From: Coriobacteriales bacterium
GTDB lineage: Bacteria > Actinomycetota > Coriobacteriia > Coriobacteriales > UBA8131
NCBI GenBank assembly: GCA_031282405.1
Contig: JAITDU010000023.1
Coordinates: forward strand, 911-64,910
Length of the DNA: 64,000 bases
Reading direction: 5' to 3'
The position numbers and the translations under genes are program-made. A model generated the notes under the pieces. That model did no database searches. It was not told the origin of the DNA and saw nothing but the letters and a program-made list of their open reading frames with translations. Shown here one piece after another: positions 51,209 to 62,231 of the stretch. The number at the start of each line of letters is the position of its first letter. The stretch's first letter is position 1.

Positions 51209-51994
51209 ATGGCAGGTCAACAAGCAGGATGGTATCCGGATCCCGCAGGAAATCCCTCAAAACTGCGTTACTGGGACGGCAGCCAGTGGACGGACAATTA
51301 CACGGATGCTCCTGACCAGGCCCCACAAGCACAAGCACAGTCTCAACCACAGCCTACTGCAAATACCACATCTGCAACATCAGAGCCACAACCGGTCATG
51401 CCTGCAACGCCAGAAGCGCAGCCAATCGTGTCGGCAACGCCAGAAGCGCAGCCTCACCCTGCGTATTCTTCGCCTGTAACTCCTGAGCAACAGACCCCAA
51501 ACGTTGAGCCGCAACCCGTCGTACCTGCACCATCGGAAGTACAAGCACAGCCTCAACCACAGCCTGTAAGTGCCGCACCCGCAACGCCAGAAGTGCAACC
51601 CGTCGTACCCACAGCGCCACAACCGCAGCCGCCCGTGGCCGCGCCCGTCACACCCGTCGCACCCACCACGCCTGTAGGCGTAGGCGGAGGCCCTCTCCAG
51701 CAGCCTCAACAGCAGGTAAACCCCGCGTACATACAGGCCCCGGCTGGACCCTCAAACAACCTGGCGATCGCTTCTTTAATTCTGGGCATCGTTGGACTTT
51801 GTCCGTATACGTTTGGTATTTGCTCGATTATCGCCATCATCTTAGCCGCATTGGCCCGAAAGCGGCCCGGCGGAAAGGGCCTGGCTATTGCCGGTTTGGT
51901 GATGGGTATCGTCGGATTAGTGATTGGAATTATTATCATAATAGCAGTGATTGTTCTGGTTGCCAATCCTGACTTATACTATTATTACTACTAG
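51209..51994 (+). CDS. Membrane protein with DUF2510 N-terminus, Pro/Gln-rich repeats and DUF4190-like C-terminus
   Basis: GWYPDP..RYWDGSQWT; PATPEAQP repeats; LAIASLILGIVG..LAIAGLVMG. Confidence 0.85.
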   Translation: MAGQQAGWYPDPAGNPSKLRYWDGSQWTDNYTDAPDQAPQAQAQSQPQPTANTTSATSEPQPVMPATPEAQPIVSATPEAQPHPAYSSPVTPEQQTPNVEPQPVVPAPSEVQAQPQPQPVSAAPATPEVQPVVPTAPQPQPPVAAPVTPVAPTTPVGVGGGPLQQPQQQVNPAYIQAPAGPSNNLAIASLILGIVGLCPYTFGICSIIAIILAALARKRPGGKGLAIAGLVMGIVGLVIGIIIIIAVIVLVANPDLYYYYY

Positions 51995-52115
51995 AGTTAC
52001 AGAACATGCAGCACTGCTGACTGCTAGATGCTAAACGATACCTCTGAACAGAGGCCCCGTGCGCTTTTGCGCCCGCCTCTGTGAACAGGAGGCGTGAGCC
52101 CTGTTAGCACGTTTC

Positions 52116-53525
52116 TCAGTTCTTGTAGACGCGCTCCAATCGCAGACCAAACATACAGGCCAGATCATAGCTGATGGTGCCCATCTTCTCGGCGATGTCA
52201 TCCATACTGATTTCTTGCTCGCCGCTCCTGCCAATGATGATTGCCTCGCTGCCAAACTCCACACTCGGGCGGGCGGCCGACAACTGAGCCTGACGAATGT
52301 TGGAGATATCCTGACGCTGGCTCACTTCAAACATGCACATATCCATGCAGATCGTCCCTACCTGCGGATAGGCATAACCATCCACAAGAATGTCGATTCG
52401 GTCGGACAAAACCCGGGAAAGACCATCTCCGTAGCCGATGGGAATAGTGGCGATAAGCACTCCTCCCGGCGAACGATAGTTGAAGCCATAACTTACGCCC
52501 TCTCCTAAAGGTACGGGTTTTATGGAATTGACGCGGGCACGTACGCTCATGGCCGGGCGTAGTTTGATGAGGTCCTTGGTGAGTTTAGACGGGTGCAGCC
52601 CATAAACCGATATACCCAAACGTACCATGTCGTAGCGCGTGTGCTTATAGCGGATGGCGGCGGCTGAATTTGCGGCATGGACAATACCCGGATCCATACC
52701 CATGTAACGAATGGTCTCCAGCGCCTGCTCAAAGCGCTCCTGCTGCATTTTTAAACCGAGTGTGTCCATCGTATCAGCAGTAGCAAAATGCGTAAAACAA
52801 CCCTGTAGTTCCAAGCCGCGATGAAAGGCCAACGACCGCAAAAAATCGCCTGCGTCCGAATAATGTACTCCTATACGATTCATGCCGCTGTCGATTTTTA
52901 GGTGATAAGGAGCGACGCATCCGGCCGCATCGGCACGCTCACCCAAAGCCAGGGCAAATTCGCTGGTGTAGAGTGCTGGCACCAAGTCATAATGTAGTAT
53001 CTCGGCGATGGAGTCTATCGGTGGTTCAGCCAAGATGATAATGGGGGCGTCGATGCCGGCGCGGCGCAACTCGATACCCTCACACACACTGGCCACACCC
53101 AGGTATTTGGAGCCCGAACGCATGGCCACCTTGGCAACCTCAACGGCACCATGCCCATAGCCATCAGCTTTAACGACCGTCAAAATCATACTATCTGGGC
53201 CGATGTGCTTACGCAGGGTCTTAAGATTTTGGCTGATGGCCTCTCTATCGATCTGCGCCCAGGCCCACCGACGTTGATGCGGCTCTATTGCAGATGGCTC
53301 ACGTGCCGTCGCAGCTGATACGTTGTCTGTTATTGCGCCTACGCCTGGAGTCGCAATCGGTGTGCTGCCTGCAGTATCACCGTTCGTTAAAAGCGTCGCG
53401 GCATCTTCTTGAACCAACAAATCTCCACCTGGGCTTAAAAACCTCGGTATCTTCTGTAGGTCGCCATCCTCATTGTGCGACTCATTGTGCGACTTGCCGC
53501 CTTCTATGACCTTGAACCCGTCCAA
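52116..53525 (-). CDS. alr: Alanine racemase with N-terminal extension
   Basis: VVKADGYGHG, HLKIDSGMNRIG, THFATAD, ANSAA, IGYGDG, ICMD. Confidence 0.95.
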   Translation of the reverse strand: MDGFKVIEGGKSHNESHNEDGDLQKIPRFLSPGGDLLVQEDAATLLTNGDTAGSTPIATPGVGAITDNVSAATAREPSAIEPHQRRWAWAQIDREAISQNLKTLRKHIGPDSMILTVVKADGYGHGAVEVAKVAMRSGSKYLGVASVCEGIELRRAGIDAPIIILAEPPIDSIAEILHYDLVPALYTSEFALALGERADAAGCVAPYHLKIDSGMNRIGVHYSDAGDFLRSLAFHRGLELQGCFTHFATADTMDTLGLKMQQERFEQALETIRYMGMDPGIVHAANSAAAIRYKHTRYDMVRLGISVYGLHPSKLTKDLIKLRPAMSVRARVNSIKPVPLGEGVSYGFNYRSPGGVLIATIPIGYGDGLSRVLSDRIDILVDGYAYPQVGTICMDMCMFEVSQRQDISNIRQAQLSAARPSVEFGSEAIIIGRSGEQEISMDDIAEKMGTISYDLACMFGLRLERVYKN

Positions 53526-53572
53526 ATCTTCTCCCGACTTTCCCGGGTTTTCATTACCGGTACGATTATAAC

Positions 53573-54613
53573 TTATAACACGAATTGCTTGAACGCACCG
53601 GGCAGAGCATCAATGACGTCTGTGGCGATCACGCTGTGCTCGCCTACGTGTTCTGCCGCCAAAGAGCCAGCGCGGCTGTGCAGTTCCACGCCAGTCTGGG
53701 CAGCTTCAAAGGGCAAAAGGCGCTGAGCCAGCAAGGCACCGATTATACCGCTGAGAACATCTCCGGTGCCGGCAGTCGCCAATGCCGGTGTAGCGGCCGA
53801 CATGAGAATCGAGCCCTTTGAGTTGGAGTTGGAATTGGAGCTTGGATCCAAGCCAGAGCCTGAATCGGAACCCGCTGGGCCGGACACGCGCGTCCGGTGT
53901 CCTTTTGCCACAACGACTGCCTCCAGAATCTGAGCCAACTGTCTGCCATCATCCGCATCATCTAGCCCATAGGCCGCAAGCAGCCGCTTTAGCTCGCCGG
54001 CATGCGGGGTCAAAACGACAGGAGTATTTTCTTGCGCGGAGCTGTTGACCGGCAAGGTGAGCTGCTGGGCAGGATATGCGTTTGTTCGCGAGTCGGCAGG
54101 CTGACTTGAAGACTGGGCAGGCTGCTGGTTTAGCGGCGCAGTAGGCTGCTGGTTTGTTGGTCGGACAGGCAACAAACCGGGTTGCTGTGCAAGGATATTC
54201 AGGGCATCGGCATCCAAAAGCAACGGCAGGCCGCGAAGGACGGCGTGATGGATGACGCAGGCCACGAATTTAGCGCTGGATGCGCTCACAGTGATACCAC
54301 AGCCTAATATAATAGCATCATAGTGTTTGATCGTAGCAACGATATCGTCCAGAGCATCAGGCGCAAAGGTGCCTTCGCAGTCTTTAGCTTCGAATACCGG
54401 TACCGTGAGCAGATGGGCCCGCGCAGCCGCGGCCGCCGCACTTCCCGGGGTAGCCAGCGTAACATAGCCCGCACCACTGCGCGCCGCTGCCTGTGCAGCC
54501 AAAACACCAGCGCCAAAATAGCGACTCGAGCCAGCCAACACCAGTAGACTGCCTCGTGTGTATTTATTGCTGTGGGGCGGCAAGGACGTGGAGAGAAACG
54601 CACCGGCACTCAT
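53573..54613 (-). CDS. nnrD: ADP-dependent NAD(P)H-hydrate dehydratase
   Basis: NKYTRG..AGS..Y.GA, LDADAL, LTPHAGE, LATAGTGDVLSG. Confidence 0.9.
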   Translation of the reverse strand: MSAGAFLSTSLPPHSNKYTRGSLLVLAGSSRYFGAGVLAAQAAARSGAGYVTLATPGSAAAAAARAHLLTVPVFEAKDCEGTFAPDALDDIVATIKHYDAIILGCGITVSASSAKFVACVIHHAVLRGLPLLLDADALNILAQQPGLLPVRPTNQQPTAPLNQQPAQSSSQPADSRTNAYPAQQLTLPVNSSAQENTPVVLTPHAGELKRLLAAYGLDDADDGRQLAQILEAVVVAKGHRTRVSGPAGSDSGSGLDPSSNSNSNSKGSILMSAATPALATAGTGDVLSGIIGALLAQRLLPFEAAQTGVELHSRAGSLAAEHVGEHSVIATDVIDALPGAFKQFVL

Positions 54614-55377
54614 AGCGCGCTTTCGGCTCGTTGGGTACGTTGGGTTTCCGCGTGCTTCAAAACAGTATCTTCGGTATCCTGCAGGACAGGAACGTTCTGG
54701 GGCACCCGGGCTTTCGCATCAGCGCCTGTGTCCGTATCCTTATCGCCATCGGCATCCGTATCGGCTCCCGCTTCCTGAGCGTCCGCATCCTGAGCACCCG
54801 TGCTCTGCTCCTGTTGTTCCAACCGTTGGTCCAGGCTGTCCAAGATGGCCCTGAGTTCTTTGAACTGCCGGGACAGTTCGGTTTGCGGGTCTAAACGCAG
54901 CGGCTCGACAGGCCTGCTGGTATCTTTAATGGCAACCGCCGACGCGACCCCTACCTGGTGGGTATGCGATAGCGAGAGCTGTATTTCGACGATCCCCTGG
55001 CTTGTCGCCTCTGCCTGAACGTTGCCGTGCAGCAGGGCTATCGGCTTGCCTTTGTCGTCATGCGCCACCTCAACATCGGTAAAGCGCATGCCCGTAAAGC
55101 CGGTGCCCAGCGCCTTCAGCACAGCTTCTTTGGCAGCAAAGAACAGGGCATAGTGGCTGGCCGGGCGACTCTTGCTCCAGGCATATTCACGCTCACCACT
55201 GCTGAATACGCGTTGGAGTATCCGCGGTGTGCGCTCGATTGCCCGCTGCATACGATCGATTTCGATGATGTCTACGCCCAAGCCGACACCAGAACCTTGG
55301 ATAGGCAATGGGTTGTCAAGACTCTGACGCTTCGTTGCCCTAAGCAGGGCCTGGTTTTTTTTGGAAAGCCGGGCCAT
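54610..55377 (-). CDS. acpS: Holo-ACP synthase with acidic C-terminal extension
   Basis: GLGVDIIEIDR, FAAKEAVLKALGTG, LSLSHT. Confidence 0.92.
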   Translation of the reverse strand: MARLSKKNQALLRATKRQSLDNPLPIQGSGVGLGVDIIEIDRMQRAIERTPRILQRVFSSGEREYAWSKSRPASHYALFFAAKEAVLKALGTGFTGMRFTDVEVAHDDKGKPIALLHGNVQAEATSQGIVEIQLSLSHTHQVGVASAVAIKDTSRPVEPLRLDPQTELSRQFKELRAILDSLDQRLEQQEQSTGAQDADAQEAGADTDADGDKDTDTGADAKARVPQNVPVLQDTEDTVLKHAETQRTQRAESAL

Positions 55378-55384
55378 TGCGCCG

Positions 55385-57274
55385 TTATTCCACAGTTACG
55401 GACTTAGCCAGATTGCGCGGCTGGTCTACATTTGCTCCACGGATAAGCGCCACGAAGCGAGCAAAGAGTTGGAGCGGCACACTGGCCAGTATCGGGCTCA
55501 AACACTCCCTGACCTTGGGAATGGAGATGACATAAGGGGTAAGTTGGGCTATGCGCTCGTCGCCCACAGTTGCCAAAGCGATGACCTTGGCGCCGCGTGC
55601 CTGCATCTCTTCGATGTTCGCCAACATCTTATCGTAGGTTGCGCTCTGACAAGTTACCGCGATGACCGGCGTTTGTCGGCGAGGATCGCTGAGCCCTTCT
55701 GGATCAATCAGGGCTATCGGTCCGTGCTTGATCTCGCCGGCCGCAAAAGCCTCGGCATGTAAATAGCTTATCTCCTTAAGCTTAAGGGCACCTTCATAGC
55801 ATGTGGTCGCGCCTACGCCACGTCCGATAAACAGCGCTGTTTGAGCGGCAGCGCATTCTGCGGCACAGCGCTCGATAGCCGCAGTCGCGGTATCGGTCAA
55901 TAGCTCCTCGATCTTGGCGGGAAGTTCCTGCATGTGTTCGTAGAGCTCGCTGACCCACCTTCCGTCTACCTCGCCACGCTGTTGGGCGATATGTGCGGCC
56001 AACAGCGTAAGCTGTGCGACCTGGGCCAAAAAGGACTTGGTCGCAGCCACCGCAATCTCGATGTGCGCCTTAATGAAGACAACGTTGTTGGCCTCCATCG
56101 TGATGCGCGAGCCGACCACATTTGTGATTGCCAGTACGTGGGCGCCGGCTCTTCTCGCTAACTTGACAGCCTCCAACGTGTCGGCGGTCTCGCCACTTTG
56201 AGATATGGCAATAACGAGGGTCTGCGCGGTCAATAACGGATTGCGATACCTGAATTCGCTCGCATAGGCCACTTCTACTGGCAGGCGCCCCCAGGCTTCG
56301 AGCAAATCTTTGCCAATCAGCCCGGCATGATAAGAAGTGCCGCAGGCTACAATAATCACGCGGTCGACATCGGACATCTCCTGGGCGCTCAGCGCCAATT
56401 CCTCAAACAGTATCTGGTGATTTTTATCATCAAAACGTCCCGCCAGTGTATCTTTGATGACCTTGGGTTGTTCGTGAATTTCCTTAAGCATAAAATCGGG
56501 ATAACCACCACGTTCGGCATCTTCAAGATCCCATTCTATCGTCACTGCTGTGGGTGAATAGGCCGTGCCGGCCGGATCGAAAAAATCAATAGTACCGTTT
56601 TGGTGCAGTACCGCCACGTCGCGATCGTCCAAAAAATACACGCGACGCGTATGCTCGATGATAGCCGGAGTATCCGATGCCGCAAGAACACCGTAGGCAG
56701 CCTTGCCCACGACTAAAGGCGAATCATTGCGTGTAACCACGAGAACTCCCGGGTGTTTGGCATGGCAGATAGCCAGAGCAAATGAGCCCGAAAGCTGGGC
56801 CACAGTAGTGCGCACAGCCTGGGCCAGGTCGCCCGGCGTTGCTTGATATTCCTCCTCTATGAGGTGAGCGATAACTTCTGTGTCAGTCTGGGAGAAAAAC
56901 CGGTGCCCGCGTTCGCTCAGCGCTGCTCGCAGGTGAGCGTGGTTTTCGATGATGCCGTTGTGCACGACAGCGACCTCGCCGGTACAGTCGCTGTGCGGAT
57001 GAGCGTTTGCTTCGTTAGGGATGCCATGGGTGGCCCAGCGGGTATGACCGATGCCGGTGGTGGGCATTTGGCCCAGCTCGCCTGCGGCGATGGCCTTGTC
57101 AACAGCCTCGTGCAACTGCAAGACCTTGCCCTGCCGTTTGATAGTTTTGATTTCCGTGGGCAGTTGCAAGGCCACACCAGCGCTGTCATAGCCTCGATAT
57201 TCCAGCCGCCTCAGTCCGCCCAGCAAAACCGGGATAGTGTCGACCGTGCCGGTAAAAGCTACGATTCCACACAT
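55385..57274 (-). CDS. glmS: Glutamine--fructose-6-phosphate aminotransferase
   Basis: MCGIV, LEYRGYDSAG, GHTRWATHG, SQSGETADT, PRNLAKSVTVE. Confidence 0.98.
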   Translation of the reverse strand: MCGIVAFTGTVDTIPVLLGGLRRLEYRGYDSAGVALQLPTEIKTIKRQGKVLQLHEAVDKAIAAGELGQMPTTGIGHTRWATHGIPNEANAHPHSDCTGEVAVVHNGIIENHAHLRAALSERGHRFFSQTDTEVIAHLIEEEYQATPGDLAQAVRTTVAQLSGSFALAICHAKHPGVLVVTRNDSPLVVGKAAYGVLAASDTPAIIEHTRRVYFLDDRDVAVLHQNGTIDFFDPAGTAYSPTAVTIEWDLEDAERGGYPDFMLKEIHEQPKVIKDTLAGRFDDKNHQILFEELALSAQEMSDVDRVIIVACGTSYHAGLIGKDLLEAWGRLPVEVAYASEFRYRNPLLTAQTLVIAISQSGETADTLEAVKLARRAGAHVLAITNVVGSRITMEANNVVFIKAHIEIAVAATKSFLAQVAQLTLLAAHIAQQRGEVDGRWVSELYEHMQELPAKIEELLTDTATAAIERCAAECAAAQTALFIGRGVGATTCYEGALKLKEISYLHAEAFAAGEIKHGPIALIDPEGLSDPRRQTPVIAVTCQSATYDKMLANIEEMQARGAKVIALATVGDERIAQLTPYVISIPKVRECLSPILASVPLQLFARFVALIRGANVDQPRNLAKSVTVE

Positions 57275-57276
57275 TA

Positions 57277-59904
57277 CTATTCTCCCGCGGCATCGCTGCC
57301 ATCGGTAATGCTTGCGTCGCCTGGTGTCTCAGCGCTGTCCATATCCGTCTCCCCGGCTACCATTAAGTCAGCCTCGTCAGACACGCTCATAGTCTCGAAC
57401 GCGTTTGTTTCATTTGTTTCCACAGCGGCGTCTGTCGCCTCAGGCCTGGCCTTGCGCGAGGTCGCAACGCGAGCCACGGCCGTCACCTTGTCGCTATCGG
57501 CAACATTCATTACGCGCACACCTTGGGTGTTGCGCCCCTGCAGTGAGATATCAGAGGACTTGACGCGGATCATCACGCCTTCCTCGCTGATTATCATCAG
57601 CTCCTGGCCGGGCATAATGATCTTCATGCCCACCAAAGGTCCTTTCTTGGCGGTCATTTGAATCGTGTAGACGCCCTGGCCGCCGCGATGATGCAACGGG
57701 TAGTCGCTCACAGGGGTGCGCTTGCCAAATCCGCCGGTAGTTATCACAAACAGCTCGCTGCCTTTGCGCGCTACCTCCATGCCGATGACCTCGGCATCGC
57801 CTGGTGTAGTCATTCCCTTGACGCCCAGCGTGTCGCGGCCCATGGGTCGCGCTTCGCTCTCGTCCCAACAGATTGCCTTGCCGTTTGAGGCCACCATCAG
57901 CACACGCTCACCTTCCTTGACGCGGCGCACGGCTATCAGCGAGTCGCCTTCGCGCAGATTGATGGCTATGAGGCCGTCGCGACGCGAGCGACCATATGCG
58001 CTCATGGCCGTTTTTTTGGTCATGCCGCCCGAAGTGGCAAACAACAGATACTCGTCGGCAGGAAAGTCTTTTGTGGCAATGATCGCGGCGATCTTCTCCC
58101 CCGGCTCAAATGGGAGCAAGTTGACCACGGCCGTGCCTCGGGCATGCCGAGAACCCACGGGCAATTCGTGCACCTTGAGTCGGTAAACCTTGCCTTTTGT
58201 TGAGAAGAACAGCATGTAGTCATGCGTAGAGGCCACGAACAGATGCTCGACGAAGTCCTCGCTCTTAAGATTGACACCCGAAAGCCCCTTGCCGCCGCGC
58301 TTCTGCTGACGATAAGTGGCCACGGGCAGACGTTTGACATAACCGCTGCTGGTAACCGTTACGACCATGTCCTCTTCGGCGATAAGATCCTCGACCTCCA
58401 AATCCTTGGCATCGTCGGCCAGTTCGGTCTTGCGTGGCGTGGCCAGACGGCCTTTTATCTCCATGAGTTCATCTTTGAGAACCTGGTGTTGTAAAGCCTT
58501 GTTTGCTAATATATTAGTATAATATTTAATTTTCTCTTTGAGCTCGGCCAGCTCGGCCAAAATCTTATCGCGTTCCAATCCGGTGAGTCGACGCAAACGC
58601 ATCTCCAGAATCGCGTCGGTCTGCGCGCGCGTGAGAGCAAAACGGCCGATCAGGCGTTCTCTGGCTTCATTGTCGTCGGCAGAAGACCTGATGATTTGAA
58701 TGACCTCGTCGATATTGTCCAGCGCTATCATCAGGCCATCAAGGATATGGGCGCGGTCTTTAGCTTTTTCCAGGTCGTACTGCGTGCGTCGTACCAATAC
58801 CTCCTCTTGGTGCTTGAGGTAGTAATGCAGCATCTCCAGCAGGCTGAGCGAGCGCGGAACCCCGTTGACCAAAGCCAGCATGTTCACGCCAAATGTGGTT
58901 TGCAACTGCGTGTGCTTATAGAGTTTATTCAAAACCACCTGGGCAATGGCACCTTGTTTGAGTTCAATGACGTAGCGCATGCCCTTGCGATCAGACTCGT
59001 CGTGGGCATCGCTGATCTCGTTGATTTTTTTGTCGCGCGCGAGTTCGTTGATCTTTTCATCCAGCTTGGCCTTGTTAACCATATAGGGCAGCTCAAAGAC
59101 GATTATCCGCTCTCTACCCGAGGTCGTTTTTTCCAACCGCGCCTTAGCACGCAGTACGAGCGAACCGCGTCCGCTTTCATAAGCCTCGCGGATGCCATTT
59201 TTGCCCATAATCATAGCGCCTGTAGGAAAGTCTGGGCCCGGAAGCACCGCCATGACCTCATCAAGGCTTACTTGCTCGTTATCCAGATACAGACAGGCCG
59301 CGTCGATGACTTCGGCGAGATTATGAGGAGGAATATTCGTGGCCATGCCCACAGCAATGCCCTGCGAGCCATTGACCAAAAGATTGGGGAAGCGCGCCGG
59401 CAAAACGGCCGGTTCCTCCAACGATTCATCGTAGTTAGGCTGCCAATCTACCGTATCTTTGTCCAGATCACGCAGCAGTTCCATCGCGGCTTTTTGCAGG
59501 CGTGCTTCGGTATAACGCATGGCTGCGGCGCTGTCACCATCCACTGAGCCAAAGTTGCCGTGTCCGTCAATCAACGGCATCCGCATCGAGAAATCCTGGG
59601 CTAAACGCACCATCGTATCATAGACGGCCACATCGCCATGCGGGTGATACTTACCTATAACCTCGCCAACCGTCCAGGCTGATTTCTTGTGAGGCTTGGA
59701 TGGGGTAATGCCGCTTTCGTGCATGGCATAGAGAATGCGCCGGTGCACCGGTTTGAGCCCATCACGCACATCGGGCAGGGCGCGGGCAACGATGACACTC
59801 ATGGCGTATTCGAGGAAGCTCTGGCGCATCTCGGCGGCCATCTCGGACGGCTTGACCGTGCTGCCACTCAGGTCCAATTCCTGGGTCTTTACTCCATCTG
59901 ACAC
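57277..59904 (-). CDS. gyrA: DNA gyrase subunit A
   Basis: [28 protein letters not shown], GyrA box QKRGGKG. Confidence 0.98.
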   Translation of the reverse strand: MSDGVKTQELDLSGSTVKPSEMAAEMRQSFLEYAMSVIVARALPDVRDGLKPVHRRILYAMHESGITPSKPHKKSAWTVGEVIGKYHPHGDVAVYDTMVRLAQDFSMRMPLIDGHGNFGSVDGDSAAAMRYTEARLQKAAMELLRDLDKDTVDWQPNYDESLEEPAVLPARFPNLLVNGSQGIAVGMATNIPPHNLAEVIDAACLYLDNEQVSLDEVMAVLPGPDFPTGAMIMGKNGIREAYESGRGSLVLRAKARLEKTTSGRERIIVFELPYMVNKAKLDEKINELARDKKINEISDAHDESDRKGMRYVIELKQGAIAQVVLNKLYKHTQLQTTFGVNMLALVNGVPRSLSLLEMLHYYLKHQEEVLVRRTQYDLEKAKDRAHILDGLMIALDNIDEVIQIIRSSADDNEARERLIGRFALTRAQTDAILEMRLRRLTGLERDKILAELAELKEKIKYYTNILANKALQHQVLKDELMEIKGRLATPRKTELADDAKDLEVEDLIAEEDMVVTVTSSGYVKRLPVATYRQQKRGGKGLSGVNLKSEDFVEHLFVASTHDYMLFFSTKGKVYRLKVHELPVGSRHARGTAVVNLLPFEPGEKIAAIIATKDFPADEYLLFATSGGMTKKTAMSAYGRSRRDGLIAINLREGDSLIAVRRVKEGERVLMVASNGKAICWDESEARPMGRDTLGVKGMTTPGDAEVIGMEVARKGSELFVITTGGFGKRTPVSDYPLHHRGGQGVYTIQMTAKKGPLVGMKIIMPGQELMIISEEGVMIRVKSSDISLQGRNTQGVRVMNVADSDKVTAVARVATSRKARPEATDAAVETNETNAFETMSVSDEADLMVAGETDMDSAETPGDASITDGSDAAGE

Positions 59905-59936
59905 GTTATTCTCCCTCTGGTTCTTGTTTTAATCTC

Positions 59937-61889
59937 CTAGATGTCCAAGAAGCGCACGTCTTTGGCATGCTTTTGGATAAACAGCTTGCGCGGCTCGACC
60001 TTATCGCCCATAAGATCGCTCACGGCTTTCTCGGCCGCCACGGCCTCGTCTATCGTCACCTGTAGCAGCGTGCGCGATTTGGGTTCCATCGTGGTCTCCC
60101 ATAGCTGTTCGGGATCCATCTCGCCCAAGCCTTTATAGCGCTGGATTGTGTATTTCGTCTCCGGCGGCAGGGCCTTGGTCTCTTTGCGCAGCACATCGTC
60201 ACTGTAGATGTAGGTGTGTTTGCGACCTACACTCAGGCGATACAGCGGCGGCTGGGCAATATAGATGTAACCACGTTCGATCATCTTGGGCATAAAACGA
60301 TAGAAAAAGGTAAGGAGCAAGATGCGGATGTGAGCGCCGTCGACATCGGCATCGGTCATGATAATAGCCTTATGGTAGCGGGCTTTCTCGATATCAAAGT
60401 CCTCGCCAATGCCCGTGCCGATGGCGGTTATCAGTGTGTTGATTGTGTCAGAGGAAAGCGAGCGGTGGATGTTGACTTTTTCGATGTTGAGGATCTTGCC
60501 CCTGAGCGGCAAAATGGCCTGAAATGAGCGCTCGCGCGCCTGCTTGGCCGAGCCACCGGCGCTATCGCCCTCGACAATGTACAGTTCGGTGAGCTCTGGG
60601 TCTTTGATCGAGCAGGGTGCCAGTTTGCCGGGCAGAGCAGCGTCTTTTTGTTTGCGTTGGTTGCGCTTGTAGTTGCTCACGGCCTCGCGCACGCGCTTTT
60701 CTTCCAGTGCTTTTTTGACTATCTCGCGCGCCGGATTGGGATGCTCTTCTAAGAACTCCGCCAGCCCTTGCGAGACCGCGGTCTGAGCCAACGAACGTAT
60801 CTCGGTATTGCCGAGCTTCGTTTTGGTCTGGCCCTCAAACTGCGGATTGCGCAATTTGACCGAGATAATGCAGGTAAGGCCGCTGCGCACGTCCTCGCCC
60901 ACCATGTTATCTTCCTTCTCTTTGAGCATATTCTTGGCGCGAGCGTAGTTGTTCAAAACCTTGGTCAGGCCGTTTTTGTAGCCCTCGACGTGTGTGCCGC
61001 CCTCGGTGGTATGAATGTTGTTGGCAAAGGCCAGGGTGGTCTCATAGTGGGTGTTGTTCCACTGCAGGGCAAATTCGATCTCGCCTACCTCTTCTTGGCT
61101 GGCCGAGAAATAAATCGGTTTGGACAGGCCGGGCAAGACATCTTTGCCCTCATTGACGTATTTGGCAAAATCCACGATGCCGCCGGCATATTGATACTCT
61201 TCATACAAAGGCCCGTCACCGGCTTCGTTCAGCTTACGATGGTCGGTGAAGGTGATCTTCAGGTTCTTGTTGAGAAAGGCCATCTCGCGCAGGCGGGCCG
61301 TGAGAATATCAGCGTCATAATTTGTTGTCTCGAATACCTCGTCATCGGCCCAAAATGTTATCTTGGTACCGGTACGCTTGGTCTTTCCGACCTGAGTGAG
61401 CTTCTTGGTGGTCTTGCCTCGCGCAAATGACATCTCCCAGATGCCACCATCGCGCATGACCTCGGCATCCAGCCGTGTAGACAACGCGTTGACCACCGAC
61501 ACACCCACGCCGTGCAAACCGCCCGATACCTTATAACCCTCGCCACCGAACTTGCCGCCCGCGTGCAATATGGTGAGAACCACTTCTAAGGTAGAAATCT
61601 TTTTCTTGGAGTGTTTGCTGACAGGTATACCACGGCCGTTGTCGACCACGCTGACCGAGTTGTCCTTGTTAATGGCGACGTCAATACGAGTGGCAAAGCC
61701 GGCCATGGCCTCGTCAATGGAGTTATCGACCACTTCATACACCAGATGATGCAGTCCTCGGGGACCTGTCGAACCGATATACATGCCGGGGCGTTTGCGT
61801 ACCGGCTCCAAGCCCTCTAAGACAATAATATCGTCAGCATCATAGCTCGACTGGTTTGATTGCACGTTTGGATTCTTGCTGGCTGCCAA
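59937..61889 (-). CDS. gyrB: DNA gyrase subunit B
   Basis: VRKRPGMYIG, EVVDNSIDE, GLHGVG, EGDSAGG, PLRGK, MTDADVDG; TTG at 61889 with AAAGGAG RBS. Confidence 0.97.
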   Translation of the reverse strand: MAASKNPNVQSNQSSYDADDIIVLEGLEPVRKRPGMYIGSTGPRGLHHLVYEVVDNSIDEAMAGFATRIDVAINKDNSVSVVDNGRGIPVSKHSKKKISTLEVVLTILHAGGKFGGEGYKVSGGLHGVGVSVVNALSTRLDAEVMRDGGIWEMSFARGKTTKKLTQVGKTKRTGTKITFWADDEVFETTNYDADILTARLREMAFLNKNLKITFTDHRKLNEAGDGPLYEEYQYAGGIVDFAKYVNEGKDVLPGLSKPIYFSASQEEVGEIEFALQWNNTHYETTLAFANNIHTTEGGTHVEGYKNGLTKVLNNYARAKNMLKEKEDNMVGEDVRSGLTCIISVKLRNPQFEGQTKTKLGNTEIRSLAQTAVSQGLAEFLEEHPNPAREIVKKALEEKRVREAVSNYKRNQRKQKDAALPGKLAPCSIKDPELTELYIVEGDSAGGSAKQARERSFQAILPLRGKILNIEKVNIHRSLSSDTINTLITAIGTGIGEDFDIEKARYHKAIIMTDADVDGAHIRILLLTFFYRFMPKMIERGYIYIAQPPLYRLSVGRKHTYIYSDDVLRKETKALPPETKYTIQRYKGLGEMDPEQLWETTMEPKSRTLLQVTIDEAVAAEKAVSDLMGDKVEPRKLFIQKHAKDVRFLDI

Positions 61890-62135
61890 CCTGGCTCCTT
61901 TCGGGTTTCGTTTGTTGGTGCTTGCCTGCATATATTTTAGCCTATTTTGTACTTAGTGGGAGCGGAAAATCGGTGTTTTTACGGCCATAGGGCGCGATTT
62001 GAGGGTCGCTTTATCATCATTTTGATAACGGATTGCCTAACACGGTCTAAACCCTGGCTTAAACCGCGTTTAAGTGTCTACAGAGTTGAGAAAAAAGAAG
62101 GTGATGCCCCTGGCGTTAACGTGTGCCATGAGCCG

Positions 62136-62171
62136 AGCAGGCACGGGGAGAAACTCCCCGTGCCTGCTTTT
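62136..62171. terminator. Strong hairpin downstream of the surface-protein gene
   Basis: AGCAGGCACGGGGAG-AAA-CTCCCCGTGCCTGCT. Confidence 0.7.
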
Positions 62172-62231
62172 CATAACACACGTTAAGATTTCCTGGCAGC
62201 TTGGGCCTGTCTTAGGCGGCAACTAGCGCGC

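Noticed and set aside
57274-57277. glmS ribozyme
   Set aside because: No intergenic space: glmS starts 2 bp after the gyrA stop.
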